DNA of 64,000 nt from Eledone cirrhosa. Taxonomy: Eukaryota. Below the pieces are notes generated by a model. The model did not search any database, had not been told where the DNA came from, and saw only the letters and a list, made by a program, of their open reading frames with translations. The DNA is taken from the NCBI GenBank assembly GCA_964016885.1, contig OZ024740.1, positions 23,002,001-23,066,000 of the forward strand. Reading direction: 5' to 3'. This document shows, piece after piece, positions 31,031-45,500 of the stretch. The position numbers were made by a program, and so were the translations under genes. The first letter of the stretch is position 1. Every line of letters begins with the position of its first letter.

Positions 31031-34000
31031 ATGAACCAGTGGTAAGTAGATTCAGTGAAGGTATATATACCACTAGTAAGTAGATTCGTTGATGGTATAT
31101 AACCAGTGGTAAGTAGATTTAGTGATGGTATATAAACCAGTAGTAAGTAGATTCAGTGATGGTATATAAACCAGTAGTAAGTAGATTCAGTGATGGTATA
31201 TGAACCAGTGGTAAGTAAATTGAGTGATGGTATATAAACCAGTGGTAAGTAGATTCAGTGATGGTATATGAACCAGTGGTAAGTAGATTCAGTGATGGTA
31301 TATGAACCAGTGGTAAGTATAGTCAGTGATGGTATATGAACCAGTGGTAAATAGATTCAGTGATGGTATATGAACCAGTGGTAAGTAGATTCAGTGATAG
31401 TATATGAACCAGTGGTAAGTAGACTCATTGATGGTATATGAACCAGTGGAATGTAGATTCAGTGATGGTATATGAACCAGTGGTAAGTAGATTCAGTGAT
31501 GGTATATGAACCAGTAGTAAGTAGATTCAGTGCTGATATATGAATCAGTGGTATGTAGATTCAGTGATGGTATATGAACCAGTTGTAATTAGATGCAGTG
31601 ATGGTATATAAATCAGTGTTAAGTAGATTCAGTGATGGTAAATGAACCAGTGGTAAGTATATTCAGTGATGGTATATGAACCAGTGGTAAGTAGATTCAG
31701 TGATGGTATATGAACCAGTGGTAAGTAGATTCAGTGATGGTATATGAACCAGTGGTAAGTAGATTCAGTGATGGTATATAAACCAGTGGTAAGTAGATTC
31801 AGTGATGGTATATGAACCAGTTGTAATTAGATTCAGTGATGGTATATAAACCAGTGGTAAGCAGATTCAGTGATGGTATATGAACCAGTGGTAAGTAGAT
31901 TCAGTGATGGTATATGAACCAGTGGTAAGTAGATTCAGTGATGGTATATGAACCAGTGGTAAGTATAGTCAGTGATGGTATATGAACCAGTGATAAATAG
32001 ATTCAGTGATGGTATATGAACCAGTGGTAAGTAGATTCAGTGATAGTATATGAACCAGTGGAATGTAGATTCAGTGATGGTATATGAACTAGTTGTCAGC
32101 AGATTCAGTGATGGTATATGAACCAGTGGTAAGTAGATTCAGTGATGGTATATAAACCACTGATAAGTAGATTTAGTTATAGTATATTAACCAGTGCTAA
32201 GTAGATCCAGCGATAGTATATGAACCAGTGGTAAATAGATTCAGTGATGGTATATTACCCAGTGATAAGTAGATTCATTGATGGTATATTAACCAGTGGT
32301 AAGTAGATTCAGTGAAGGTATATTAACCAGTGGTAAGTAGATTCAGTGATGGTATATAAACCAGTAGTAAGTAGATCCAGTGATGGTATATGAACCAGTG
32401 GTAAGTAGATTCAGTGATGGTATATGAACCAGTAGTAACTAGATTCAGTGATGGTATATGAACCAGTGGTAAGTAAATTCAGTGATGGTATATGAACCAG
32501 TAGTAAGTAGATTCAGTGATGGTATATAAACCAGTGGTAAATAGATTCAGTGATGGTATATAAACCAGTGGTAAGTAGATTCAGTGATGGTATATGAATC
32601 AGTGGTAAGTAGATTCAGTGATGGTACATGAACCAGTGGTAAATAGATTCAGTGATGGTATGTGAACCAGTGGTAAGTAGATTCAGTGATGGTATGTGAA
32701 CCAGTGGTAAGTAGATTCAGTGATGGTATAATAACAAGTGGCACGTAGATTCAGTGATGGTATATAACCCATTGGTAAGTAGATTCAGTGATGATATATG
32801 AACCAGGGGTAAATAGATTCAGTGATGGTATACGAACCAGTAGTAAGTAGATTCAGTGATGGTATATGAACCAGTAGCAAGTAGATTCAGTGATGGTATA
32901 TGAACCAGTAGTAAGTAGATTCAGTGATGGTATATGAACCAGCAATAAGTAGATTCAGTGATGGTATATAAACCAGTGGTAAGTAGATTCAGTGATGGTA
33001 TATAAACCAGTAGTAAGTAGATTCAGTGATGGTATATGAACCAGTGGTAAGTAGATTCAGTGATGGTATATAAACCAGTGGTAAGTAGACTCAGTGATGG
33101 TATATGAACCATTGGTAAGCAGATTCAGTGATGGTATATGAACCAGTGTAAGTAGATTCAGTGATGGTATATGAACCAGTAGTAAGTAGATTCAGTGATG
33201 GTATATGAATCAGTGGTAAGTAGATTCAGTGATGGTATATGAACCAGTAGTAAGTAGATTCAGTGATGGTATATGAACCAGTGGTAAGTAGATTCAGTGA
33301 TCGTATATAAACCAGTGGTAAGTAGATTCAGTGATGGTATATGAACCAGTGCTAAATAGATTCAGTGATGATATATGAATCAGTGGTAAGTAGATTCAGT
33401 GATGGTATATGAACCAGTAGTAAGTAGATTCAGTGATGGTATATGAACCAGTCGTAACTAGATTCAGTGATGGTATATAAACCAGTGGTAAGTAGATTCA
33501 GTGATGGTATATGAACAAGTAGTAAGTAGATTCAGTGATGGTATATAAACCAGTGGTAAGTAGATTCAGTGATGGTATATGAATGAGTGGTAAATATATT
33601 CAGTTATGGTATATACACCAGTGGTAAGTAGATTCAGTGATGGCATATGAACCAGTGGTAAGTAGATTCAGTGATGGTATATAAACCAGTGGTAAGTAGA
33701 TTCTGTGATGGGATATGAACCAGTGGTAAATAGATTCAGTGATGGTATATAAACCAGTGGTAAGTAGATTCAGTGATGGTATATGAATCAGTGGTAAGTG
33801 GATTCAGTAATGGTATATGAACCAGTGGTAAGTTGATTCAGTGATGGTATATAAACCAGTGGAAAGTAGATTCAGTAATGGTATATAAACCAGTGGTAAG
33901 CAGATTCAGTGATGGTATATGAACCAGTGGTAAGTAGATTCAGTGATGGTATATGAACCAGTGGTAAGTAGATTCAGTGATGGTATATGAACCAGTGGTA

Positions 34001-37000
34001 AGTAGATTCAGTGAAGGTATATAGACCACTAGTAAGTAGATTCGTTGATGGTATATAACCAGTGGTAAGTAGATTTAGTGATGGTATATAAACCAGTAGT
34101 AAGTAGATTCAGTGATGGTATATGAACCAGTGGTAAGTAAATTGAGTGATGGTATATAAACCAGTGGTAAGTAGATTCAGTGATGGTATATGAACCAGTG
34201 GTAAGTAGATTCAGTGATGGTATATGAACCAGTGGTAAATAGATTCAGTGATGGCATATGAACCAGTGGTATGTAGATTCAGTGATGGTATATAAATCGG
34301 TGGTAAGTATATTCAGTGATGGTATATGAACCAGTGGTAAGTAGATTCAGTGATGGTATATGAACCAGTGGTAAGTAGATTCAGTGATGGTATATGAACC
34401 AGTAGTAACTAGATTCAGTGATGGTATATGAACCAGTGGTAAGTAGATTCAGTGATGGTATATGAACCAGTGGTAAGTAGATTCAGTGATGGTATATAGA
34501 CCACTAGTAAGTAGATTCGGTGATGGTATATAACCAGTGGTAAGTGGATTCAGTGATGTTATATGAACCAGTGGTAAGTAGATTCAGTGATGGTATATAA
34601 ACCAGTGGTAAGTAGATTCAGTGATGGTATATAAACCAGTAGTAAGTAGATTCAGTGATGGTATATGAACCAGTGGTAAGTGGATTCAGTGATGGTATAT
34701 GAACCAGTGGTAAGTATATTCAGTGATGGTATATAAAACAGTGGTAAGTAGATTCAGTGATGGTATATAAACCAGTGGTAAGTAGATTCAGTGATGGTAT
34801 ATGAACCAGTGGTAAGTAGATTCAGTGATAGTATATGAACCAGTGGTAAGTAGATTCAGTGATGGTATATAAAACAGTGGTAAGTAGATTCAGTGATGGT
34901 ATATGAACCAGTCGTAAGTAGATTCAGTGATGGTATATGAACCAGTCGTAAGTAGATTCAGTGATGGTATATGAACCAGTGGTAAGTAGATTCAGTGATG
35001 GTATATGAACCAGTAGTAAGTAGATTCAGTGATGGTATATGAACCAGTGGTAAGTAGATTCAGTGATGGTATATGAACCAGTCGTAAGTAGATTCAGTGA
35101 TGGTATATGAACCAGTGGTAAGTAGATTCAGTGATGGTATATGAACCAGTGGTAAGTATAGTCAGTGATGGTATATGAACCAGTGATAAATAGATTCAGT
35201 GATGGTATGTGAACCAGTAGTAAGTAGAATCAGTGATGGTATATGAACCAGTAGTAAGTAGATTCAGTGATGATATATGAATCAGTGGTAAGTAGATTCA
35301 GTGATGGTATATGAACCAGTAGTAAGTAGATTCAGTGATGTTATATAAACCAGTGGTAAGTAGATTCAGTGATGGTATATGAACTAGTGGTAAATAGATT
35401 CAGTGATGGTATATGAACCAGTGGTAAGTAGATTCAGTGATGGTATATGAACCAGTAGTAAGTAGATTCAGTGAAGGTATATAAACCAGTGGTAAGTAGA
35501 TTCAGTGATGGTATATGTACCAGTGGTAAGTAGATTCAGTGATGGTATATGAACCAGTGGTAAGTAGATTCAGTGATGGTATATGAACCAGTGGTAAATA
35601 GATTCAGTGATGTTATATTAACCAGTGCTAAGTAGATTCAGTGATTGTATATTAACCAGTGCCAAGTAGATTCAGTGATGGTATATGAACCCGTTGTAAG
35701 TAGATTCAGTGATGATAAATAAACCAGTGGTAAGTAGATTTAGTGATGGTATATTAACCAGTGTTAAGTAGATCCAGCGATAGTATATGAACCAGTGGTA
35801 AATAGATTCAGTGATGGTATATGAACCAGTGCTATGTAGATTCAGTGAAGGTATATAAACCAGTGGTAAGTAGATTCAGTGATGGTATATTAACCAGTGG
35901 TAAGTAGATTCAGTGACGGTATATAAACCAGTGGTAAGTAGATTCAGTGATGGTATATAAACCAGTAGTAACTAGATCCAGTGATGGTATATGAACCAGT
36001 AGTAAGTAGATCCAGTGATGGTATATGAACCAGTAGTAACTAGATTCAGTGATGGTATATGAACCAGTAGTAAGTAGATTCAGTGATGGTATATAAACCA
36101 GTGGTAAATAGATTCTGTGATGGTATATACACCAGTGGTAAGTAGATTAAATGATGGTATATAAACCAGTGGTAAGTAGATTCAGTGATGGTATATAAAT
36201 CAGTGGTAAGTAGATTCAGTGATGCTATATGAACCAGTGGTAAGTAGATTCAGTGATGTTATATGAACCAGTGGTAAGTAGATTCCGTGATGGTATAAGA
36301 ACCAGTGGCAAGTAGATTCAGTGATGGTATATAAACCAGTGGTAAGTAGATTCAGTGATGATATATGAACCAGTGGTAAATAGATTCAGTGATGGTATAT
36401 GAACCAGTAGTAAGTAGATTCAGTGATGGTATATAAACCAGTGGTAAGTAGATTCAGTGATGGTATATGAGCCAGTAGCAAGTAGATTCAGTGATGGTAT
36501 ATGAACCAGTAGTAAGTAGATTCAGTGATGGTATATGAACCAGCAATAAGTAGATTCAGTGATGGTATATAAACCAGTGGTAAGTAGATTCAGTGATGGT
36601 ATATAAACCAGTAGTAAGTAGATTCAGTGATGGTATATGGACCAGTGGTAAGTAGATTCAGTGATGGTATATAAACCAGTGGTAAGTAGATTCAGTGATG
36701 GTATATGAACCAGTGGTAAGCAGATTCAGTGATGGTATATGAACCAGTGGTAAGTAGATTCAGTGATGGTATATGAACCAGTAGTAAGTAGATTCAGTGA
36801 TGGTATATGAATCAGTGGTAAGTAGATTCAGTGATGGTATATGAACCAGTACTAAGTAGATTCAGTGATGGTATATGGACCAGTGGTAAGTAGATTCAGT
36901 GATGGTATATGAACCAGTGGTAAGTAAATTCAGTGATGGTATATGAACCAGTAGTAAGTAGATTCAGTGATGGTATATAAACCAGTGGTAAGTAGATTCA

Positions 37001-40000
37001 GTGATGGTATATGAACCAGTGGTAAGTAAATTCAGTGATGGTATATGAACCAGTAGTAAGTAAATTCAGTGATGGTATATAAACCAGTGGTAAGTAGATT
37101 CAGTGATGGTATATGAACAAGTAGTAAGTAGATTCAGTGATGGTATATAAACCAGTGGTAAGTAGATTCAGTGATGGTATATGAATCAGTGGTAAGTAGA
37201 TTCAGTAATGGTATATGAACCAGTGGTAAGTAGATTCAGTGATGGTATATAAACCAGTAGTAACTAGATCCAGTGATGGTTAATGAAGCAGTAGTAAGTA
37301 GATCCAGTGATGGTATATGAACCAGTAGTAAGGAGATTCAGTGATGGTATATGAACCAGTAGTAACTAGATTCAGTGATGGTATATAAACCAGTGGTAAA
37401 TATATTCAGTGATGTTATATAAACCAGTGGTAAGTAGATTAAATGATGGTATATAAACCAGTGGTAAGTAGATTCAGTGATGGTATATGAATCAGTGGTA
37501 AGTAGATTCAGTGATGGTATATGAACCAGTGGTAAATAGATTCAGTGATGGTATATGAACCAGTGGTAAGTAGATTCAGTGATGGTATATGAACCAGTGG
37601 TAAGTAGATTCAGTGATGGTCTATGAACCAGTAGTAAGTAGATTCAGTGATGGTATATGAACCAGTGGTAAGTAGATTCAGTGATGGTATATAAACCAGT
37701 GGTAAGTAGATTCAGTGATGATATATGAACCAGTGGTAAATAGATTCAGTGATGGTATACGAACCAGTAGTAAGTAGATTCAGTGATGGTATATGAACCA
37801 GTAGCAAGTAGATTCAGTGATGGTATATGAACCAGTAGTAAGTAGATTCAGTGATGGTATATGAATCAGTGGTAAGTAGATTCAGTGATGGTATATGAAC
37901 CAGTGGTAAGTAGATTCAGTGATGGTATATGAACCAGTAGTAAGTGGATTCAGTGATGGTATATGAACCAGTGGTAAGTAGATTCAGTGATGGTATATAA
38001 ACCAGTGGTAAGTAGATTCAGTGATGGTATATGAACCAGTGCTAAATAGATTCAGTGATGATGTATGAATCAGTGGTAAGTAGATTCAGTGATGGTATAT
38101 GAACCAGTAGTAAGTAGATTCAGTGATGGTATATGAACCAGTGGTAAGTAGATTCAGTGATGGTATATAAACAAGTGGTAAGTAGATTCAGTGATTGTAT
38201 ATGAACAAGTAGTAAGTAGATTCAGTGATGGTATATAAACCAGTGGTAAGTAGATTCAGTGATGGTATATGAATGAGTGGTAAATATATTCAGTTATGGT
38301 ATATAAACCAGTGGGAAGTAGATTCAGTGATGGCATATGAACCAGTGGTAAGTAGATTCAGTGATGGTATATGAACCACTGGTAAGTAGATTCTGTGATG
38401 GCATATGAACCAGTGGTAAATAGATTCAGTGATGGTATATAAACCAGTGGTAAGTAGATTCAGTGATGATATATGAATCAGTGGTAAGTGGATTCAATAA
38501 TGGTATATGAACCAGTGGTAAGTTGATTCAGTGATGGTATATAAACCAGTGGAAAGTAGATTCAGTAATGGTATATAAACCAGTGGTAAGCAGATTCAGT
38601 GATGGTATATGAACCAGTGGTAAGTAGATTCAGTGATGGTATATGAACCAGTGGTAAGTAGATTCAGTGATGGTATATGAACCAGTGGTAAGTAGATTCA
38701 GTGAAGGTATATAGACCACTAGTAAGTAGATTCGTTGATGGTATATAACCAGTGGTAAGTAGATTTAGTGATGGTATATAAACCAGTAGTAAGTAGATTC
38801 AGTGATGGTATATAAACCAGTAGTAAGTAGATTCAGTGATGGTATATGAACCAGTGGTAAGTAAATTGAGTGATGGTATATAAACCAGTGGTAAGTAGAT
38901 TCAGTGATGGTATATGAACCAATGGTAAGTAGATTCAGTGATGGTATATGAACCAGTGGTAAGTATAGTCAGTGATGGTATATGAACCAGTGGTAAATAG
39001 ATTCAGTGATGGTATATGAACCAGTGGTAAGTAGATTCAGTGATAGTATATGAACCAGTGGTAAGTAGACTCATTGATGGTATATGAACCAGTGGAATGT
39101 AGATTCAGTGATGGTATATGAACCAGTGGTAAGTAGATTCAGTGATGGTATATGAACCAGTAGTAAGTAGATTCAGTGCTGATATATGAATCAGTGGTAT
39201 GTAGATTCAGTGATGGTATATGAACCAGTTGTAATTAGATGCAGTGATGGTATATAAATCAGTGTTAAGTAGATTCAGTGATGGTAAATGAACCAGTGGT
39301 AAGTATATTCAGTGATGGTATATGAACCAGTGGTAAGTAGATTCAGTGACGGTATATGAATCAGTGGTAAGTAGATTCAGTGATGGTATATGAACCAGTG
39401 GTAAGTAGATTCAGTGGTGGTATATAAACCAGTGGTAAGTAGATTCAGTGATGGTATATGAACCAGTTGTAATTAGATTCAGTGATGGTATATAAACCAG
39501 TGGTAAGTAGATTCAGTGATGGTATATGAACCAGTGGTAAGTAGATTCAGTGATGGTATATAAACCAGTGGTAAATATATTCAGTGATGTTATATAAACC
39601 AGTGGTAAGTAGATTAAATGATGGTATATAAACCAGTGGTAAGTAGATTCAGTGATGGTATATGAATCAGTGGTAAGTAGATTCAGTGATGGTATATGAA
39701 CCAGTGGTAAATAGATTCAGTGATGGTATATGAACCAGTGATAAGTAGATTCAGTGATGGTATATGAACCAGTGGTAAGTAGATTCAGTGATGGTATATG
39801 AACCAGTAGTAAGTAGATTCAGTGATGGTATATGAACCAGTGGTAAGTAGATTCAGTGATGGTATATAAACCAGTGGTAAGTAGATTCAGTGATGATATA
39901 TGAACCAGTGGTAAATAGATTCAGTGATGGTATACGAACCAGTAGTAAGTAGATTCAGTGATGGTATATGAACCAGTAGCAAGTAGATTCAGTGATGGTA

Positions 40001-42579
40001 TATGAACCAGTAGTAAGTAGATTCAGTGATGGTATATGAACCAGTGGTAAGTAGATTCAGTGATGGTATATAAACCAGTGGTAAGTAGATTCAGTGATGG
40101 TATATGAACCATTGGTAAGCAGATTCAGTGATGGTATATGAACCAGTGTAAGTAGATTCAGTGATGGTATATGAACCAGTAGTAAGTAGATTCAGTGATG
40201 GTATATGAATCAGTGGTAAGTAGATTCAGTGATGGTATATGAACCAGTAGTAAGTGGATTCAGTGATGGTATATGAACCAGTGGTAAGTAGATTCAGTGA
40301 TGGTATATAAACCAGTGGTAAGTAGATTCAGTGATGGTATATGAACCAGTGCTAAATAGATTCAGTGATGATGTATGAATCAGTGGTAAGTAGATTCAGT
40401 GATGGTATATGAACCAGTAGTAAGTAGATTCAGTGATGGTATATGAACCAGTGGTAAGTAGATTCAGTGATGGTATATAAACAAGTGGTAAGTAGATTCA
40501 GTGATTGTATATGAACAAGTAGTAAGTAGATCCAGTGATGGTATATAAACCAGTGGTAAGTAGATTCGGTGATGGTATATGAATGAGTGGTAAATATATT
40601 CAGTTATGGTATATAAACCATTGGGAAGTAGATTCAGTGATGGCATATGAACCAGTGGTAAGTAGATTCAGTGATGGTATATGAACCACTGGTAAGTAGA
40701 TTCTGTGATGGCATATGAACCAGTGGTAAATAGATTCAGTGATGGTATATAAACCAGTGGTAAGTAGATTCAGTGATGATATATGAATCAGTGGTAAGTG
40801 GATTCAGTAATGGTATATGAACCAGTGGTAAGTTGATTCAGTGATGGTATATAAACCAGTGGAAAGTAGATTCAGTAATGGTATATAAACCAGTGGTAAG
40901 CAGATTCAGTGATGGTATATGAACCAGTGGTAAGTAGATTCAGTGATGGTATATGAACCAGTGGTAAGTAGATTCAGTGATGGTATATGAACCAGTGGTA
41001 AGTAGATTCAGTGAAGGTATATAGACCACTAGTCAGTAGATTCGTTGATGGTATATAACCAGTGGTAAGTAGATTTAGTGATGGTATATAAACCAGTAGT
41101 AAGTAGATTCAGTGATGGTATATAAACCAGTAGTAAGTAGATTCAGTAATGGTATATGAACCAGTGGTAAGTAAATTGAGTGATGGTATATAAACCAGTG
41201 GTAAGTAGATTCAGTGATGGTATATGAACCAGTGGTAAGTAGATTCAGTGATGGTATATGAACCAGTGGTAAGTATAGTCAGTGATGGTATATGAACCAG
41301 TGGTAAATAGATTCAGTGATGGTATATGAACCAGTGGTAAGTAGATTCAGTGATAGTATATGAACCAGTGGTAAGTAGACTCATTGATGGTATATGAACC
41401 AGTGGAATGTAGATTCAGTGATGGTATATGAACCAGTGGTAAGTAGATTCAGTGATGGTATATGAACCAGTAGTAAGTAGATTCAGTGCTGATATATGAA
41501 TCAGTGGTATGTAGATTCAGTGATGGTATATGAACCAGTTGTAATTAGATGCAGTGATGGTATATAAATCAGTGTTAAGTAGATTCAGTGATGGTAAATG
41601 AACCAGTGGTAAGTATATTCAGTGATGGTATATGAACCAGTGGTAAGTAGATTCAGTGATGGTATATGAACCAGTGGTAAGTAGATTCAGTGATGGTATA
41701 TGAACCAGTGGTAAGTAGATTCAGTGGTGGTATATAAACCAGTGGTAAGTAGATTCAGTGATGGTATATGAACCAGTTGTAATTAGATTCAGTGATGGTA
41801 TATAAACCAGTGGTAAGTAGATTCAGTGATGGTATATGAACCAGTGGTAAGTAGATTCAGTGATGGTATATGAACCAGTGGTAAGTAGATTCAGTGATGG
41901 TATATGAACCAGTGGTAAGTATATTCAGTGATGGTATATGAACCAGTGGTAAATAGATTCAGTGATGGTATATGAACCAGTGGTAAGTAGATTCAGTGAT
42001 AGTATATGAACCAGTGGTAAGTAGATTCAGTGATGGTATATGAACCAGTGGAATGTAGATTCAGTGATGGTATATGAACCAGTTGTCAGCAGATTCAGTG
42101 ATGGTATATGAACCAGTGGTAAGTAGATTCAGTGATGGTATATAAACCACTGATAAGTAGATTTAGTTATAGTATATTAACCAGTGCTAAGTAGATCCAG
42201 CGATAGTATATGAACCAGTGGTAAATAGATTCAGTGATGGTATATTACCCAGTGATAAGTAGATTCATTGATGGTATATTAACCAGTGGTAAGTAGATTC
42301 AGTGAAGGTATATTAACCAGTGGTAAGTAGATTCAGTGATGGTATATAAACCAGTAGTAAGTAGATCCAGTGATGTTATATGAACCAGTGGTAAGTAGAT
42401 TCAGTGATGGTATATGAACCAGTAGTAACTAGATTCAGTGATGGTATATGAACCAGTGGTAAGTAAATTCAGTGATGGTATATGAACCAGTAGTAAGTAG
42501 ATTCAGTGATGGTATATAAACCAGTGGTAAATAGATTCAGTGATGGTATATAAACCAGTGGTAAGTAGATTCAGTGATT

Positions 42580-45500
42580 GTATATGAATCAGTGGTAAGT
42601 AGATTCAGTGATGGTACATGAACCAGTGGTAAATAGATTCAGTGATGGTATGTGAACCAGTGGTAAGTAGATTCAGTGATGGTATGTGAACCAGTGGTAA
42701 GTAGATTCAGTGATGGTATAATAACAAGTGGCACGTAGATTCAGTGATGGTATATAACCCATTGGTAAGTAGATTCAGTGATGATATATGAACCAGTGGT
42801 AAATAGATTCAGTGATGGTATACGAACCAGTAGTAAGTAGATTCAGTGATGGTATATGAACCAGTAGCAAGTAGATTCAGTGATGGTATATGAACCAGTA
42901 GTAAGTAGATTCAGTGATGGTATATGAACCAGCAATAAGTAGATTCAGTGATGGTATATAAACCAGTGGTAAGTAGATTCAGTGATGGTATATAAACCAG
43001 TAGTAAGTAGATTCAGTGATGGTATATGAACCAGTGGTAAGTAGATTCAGTGATGGTATATAAACCAGTGGTAAGTAGACTCAGTGATGGTATATGAACC
43101 ATTGGTAAACAGATTCAGTGATGGTATATGAACCAGTGTAAGTAGATTCAGTGATGGTATATGAACCAGTAGTAAGTAGATTCAGTGATGGTATATGAAT
43201 CAGTGGTAAGTAGATTCAGTGATGGTATATGAACCAGTAGTAAGTAGATTCAGTGATGGTATATGAACCAGTGGTAAGTAGATTCAGTGATGGTATATAA
43301 ACCAGTGGTAAGTAGATTCAGTGATGGTATATGCACCAGTGCTAAATAGATTCAGTGATGATATATGAATCAGTGGTAAGTAGATTCAGTGATGGTCTAT
43401 GAACCAGTAGTAAGTAGATTCAGTGATGGTATATGAACCAGTCGTAACTAGATTCAGTGATGGTATATAAACCAGTGGTAAGTAGATTCAGTGATGGTAT
43501 ATGAACAAGTAGTAAGTAGATTCAGTGATGGTATATAAACCAGTGGTAAGTAGATTCAGTGATGGTATATGAATGAGTGGTAAATATATTCAGTTATGGT
43601 ATATACACCAGTGGTAAGTAGATTCAGTGATGGCATATGAACCAGTGGTAAGTAGATTCAGTGATGGTATATAAACCAGTGGTAAGTAGATTCTGTGATG
43701 GGATATGAACCAGTGGTAAATAGATTCAGTGATGGTATATAAACCAGTGGTAAGTAGATTCAGTGATGGTATATGAATCAGTGGTAAGTGGATTCAGTAA
43801 TGGTATATGAACCAGTGGTAAGTTGATTCAGTGATGGTATATAAACCAGTGGAAAGTAGATTCAGTAATGGTATATAAACCAGTGGTAAGCAGATTCAGT
43901 GATGGTATATGAACCAGTGGTAAGTAGATTCAGTGATGGTATATGAACCAGTGGTAAGTAGATTCAGTGATGGTATATGAACCAGTGGTAAGTAGATTCA
44001 GTGAAGGTATATAGACCACTAGTAAGTAGATTCGTTGATGGTATATAACCAGTGGTAAGTAGATTTAGTGATGGTATATAAACCAGTAGTAAGTAGATTC
44101 AGTGATGGTATATGAACCAGTGGTAAGTAAATTGAGTGATGGTATATAAACCAGTGGTAAGTAGATTCAGTGATGGTATATGAACCAGTGGTAAGTAGAT
44201 TCAGTGATGGTATATGAACCAGTGGTAAATAGATTCAGTGATGGCATATGAACCAGTGGTATGTAGATTCAGTGATGGTATATAAATCGGTGGTAAGTAT
44301 ATTCAGTGATGGTATATGAACCAGTGGTAAGTAGATTCAGTGATGGTATATGAACCAGTGGTAAGTAGATTCAGTGATGGTATATGAACCAGTAGTAACT
44401 AGATTCAGTGATGGTATATCAACCAGTGGTAAGTATAGTCCATGATGGTATATGAACCAGTGGTAAATAGATTCAGTGATGGTATATTAACCAGTAGTAA
44501 GTAGATTCAGTGATGGTATATGAACCAGTGGTAAATAGATTCAGTGATGGTATGTGAACCAGTAGTAAGTAGATTCAGTGATGGTATATGAACCAGTAGT
44601 AAGTAGATTCAGTGCTGATATATGAATCAGTGGTAAGTAGATTCAGTGATGGTATATAAACCAGTAGTAAGTAGATTCAGTAATGGTATATAAACCAGTG
44701 GTAAGTAGATTCAGTGATGGTATATGAACCAGTGGTAAGTAGATTCAGTGATGGTATATAAACCACTGGTAAGTAGATTCAGTGATGCTATATGAACCAG
44801 TTGTAATTAGATTCAGTGATTCTATATAAACCAGTGGTAAGTAGATTCAGTGATGGTATATGAACCAGTGGTAAATAGATACAGTGATGGTATATGAACC
44901 AGTGGTAAGTAGATTCAGTGATGGTATATGAACCAGTAGTAAGTAGATTCAGTGAAGGTGTATAAACCAGTGGTAAGTAGATTCAGTGATGGTATATGAA
45001 CCAGTGGTAAGTAGATTCAGTGATGGTATATGAACCAGTCGTAAGTAGATTCAGTGATGGTATATGAACCAGTAGTAAGTAGATACAGTGATGGTATATG
45101 AACCAGTGGTAAGTAGATTCAGTGATGGTATATGAACCAGTGGTAAATAGATTCAGTGATGTTATATTAACCAGTGCTAAGTAGATTCAGTGATGGTATA
45201 TGAATTAGTGGTAAGTAGATTCATTGATGGTATATGAACCAGTGGTAAGTAAATTCAGTGATGGTATATGAACCAGTTGTCAGTAGATTCAGTGATGATA
45301 TATAAACCACTGATAAGTAGATTTAGTTATAGTATATTAACCAGTGCTAAGTAGATCCAGCGATAGTATATGAACCAGTGGTAAATATATTCAGTGATGG
45401 TATATTACCCAGTGATAAGTAGATTCATTGATGGTATATTAACCAGTGGTAAGTAGATTCAGTGAAGGTATATTAACCAGTGGTAAGTAGATTCAGTGAT

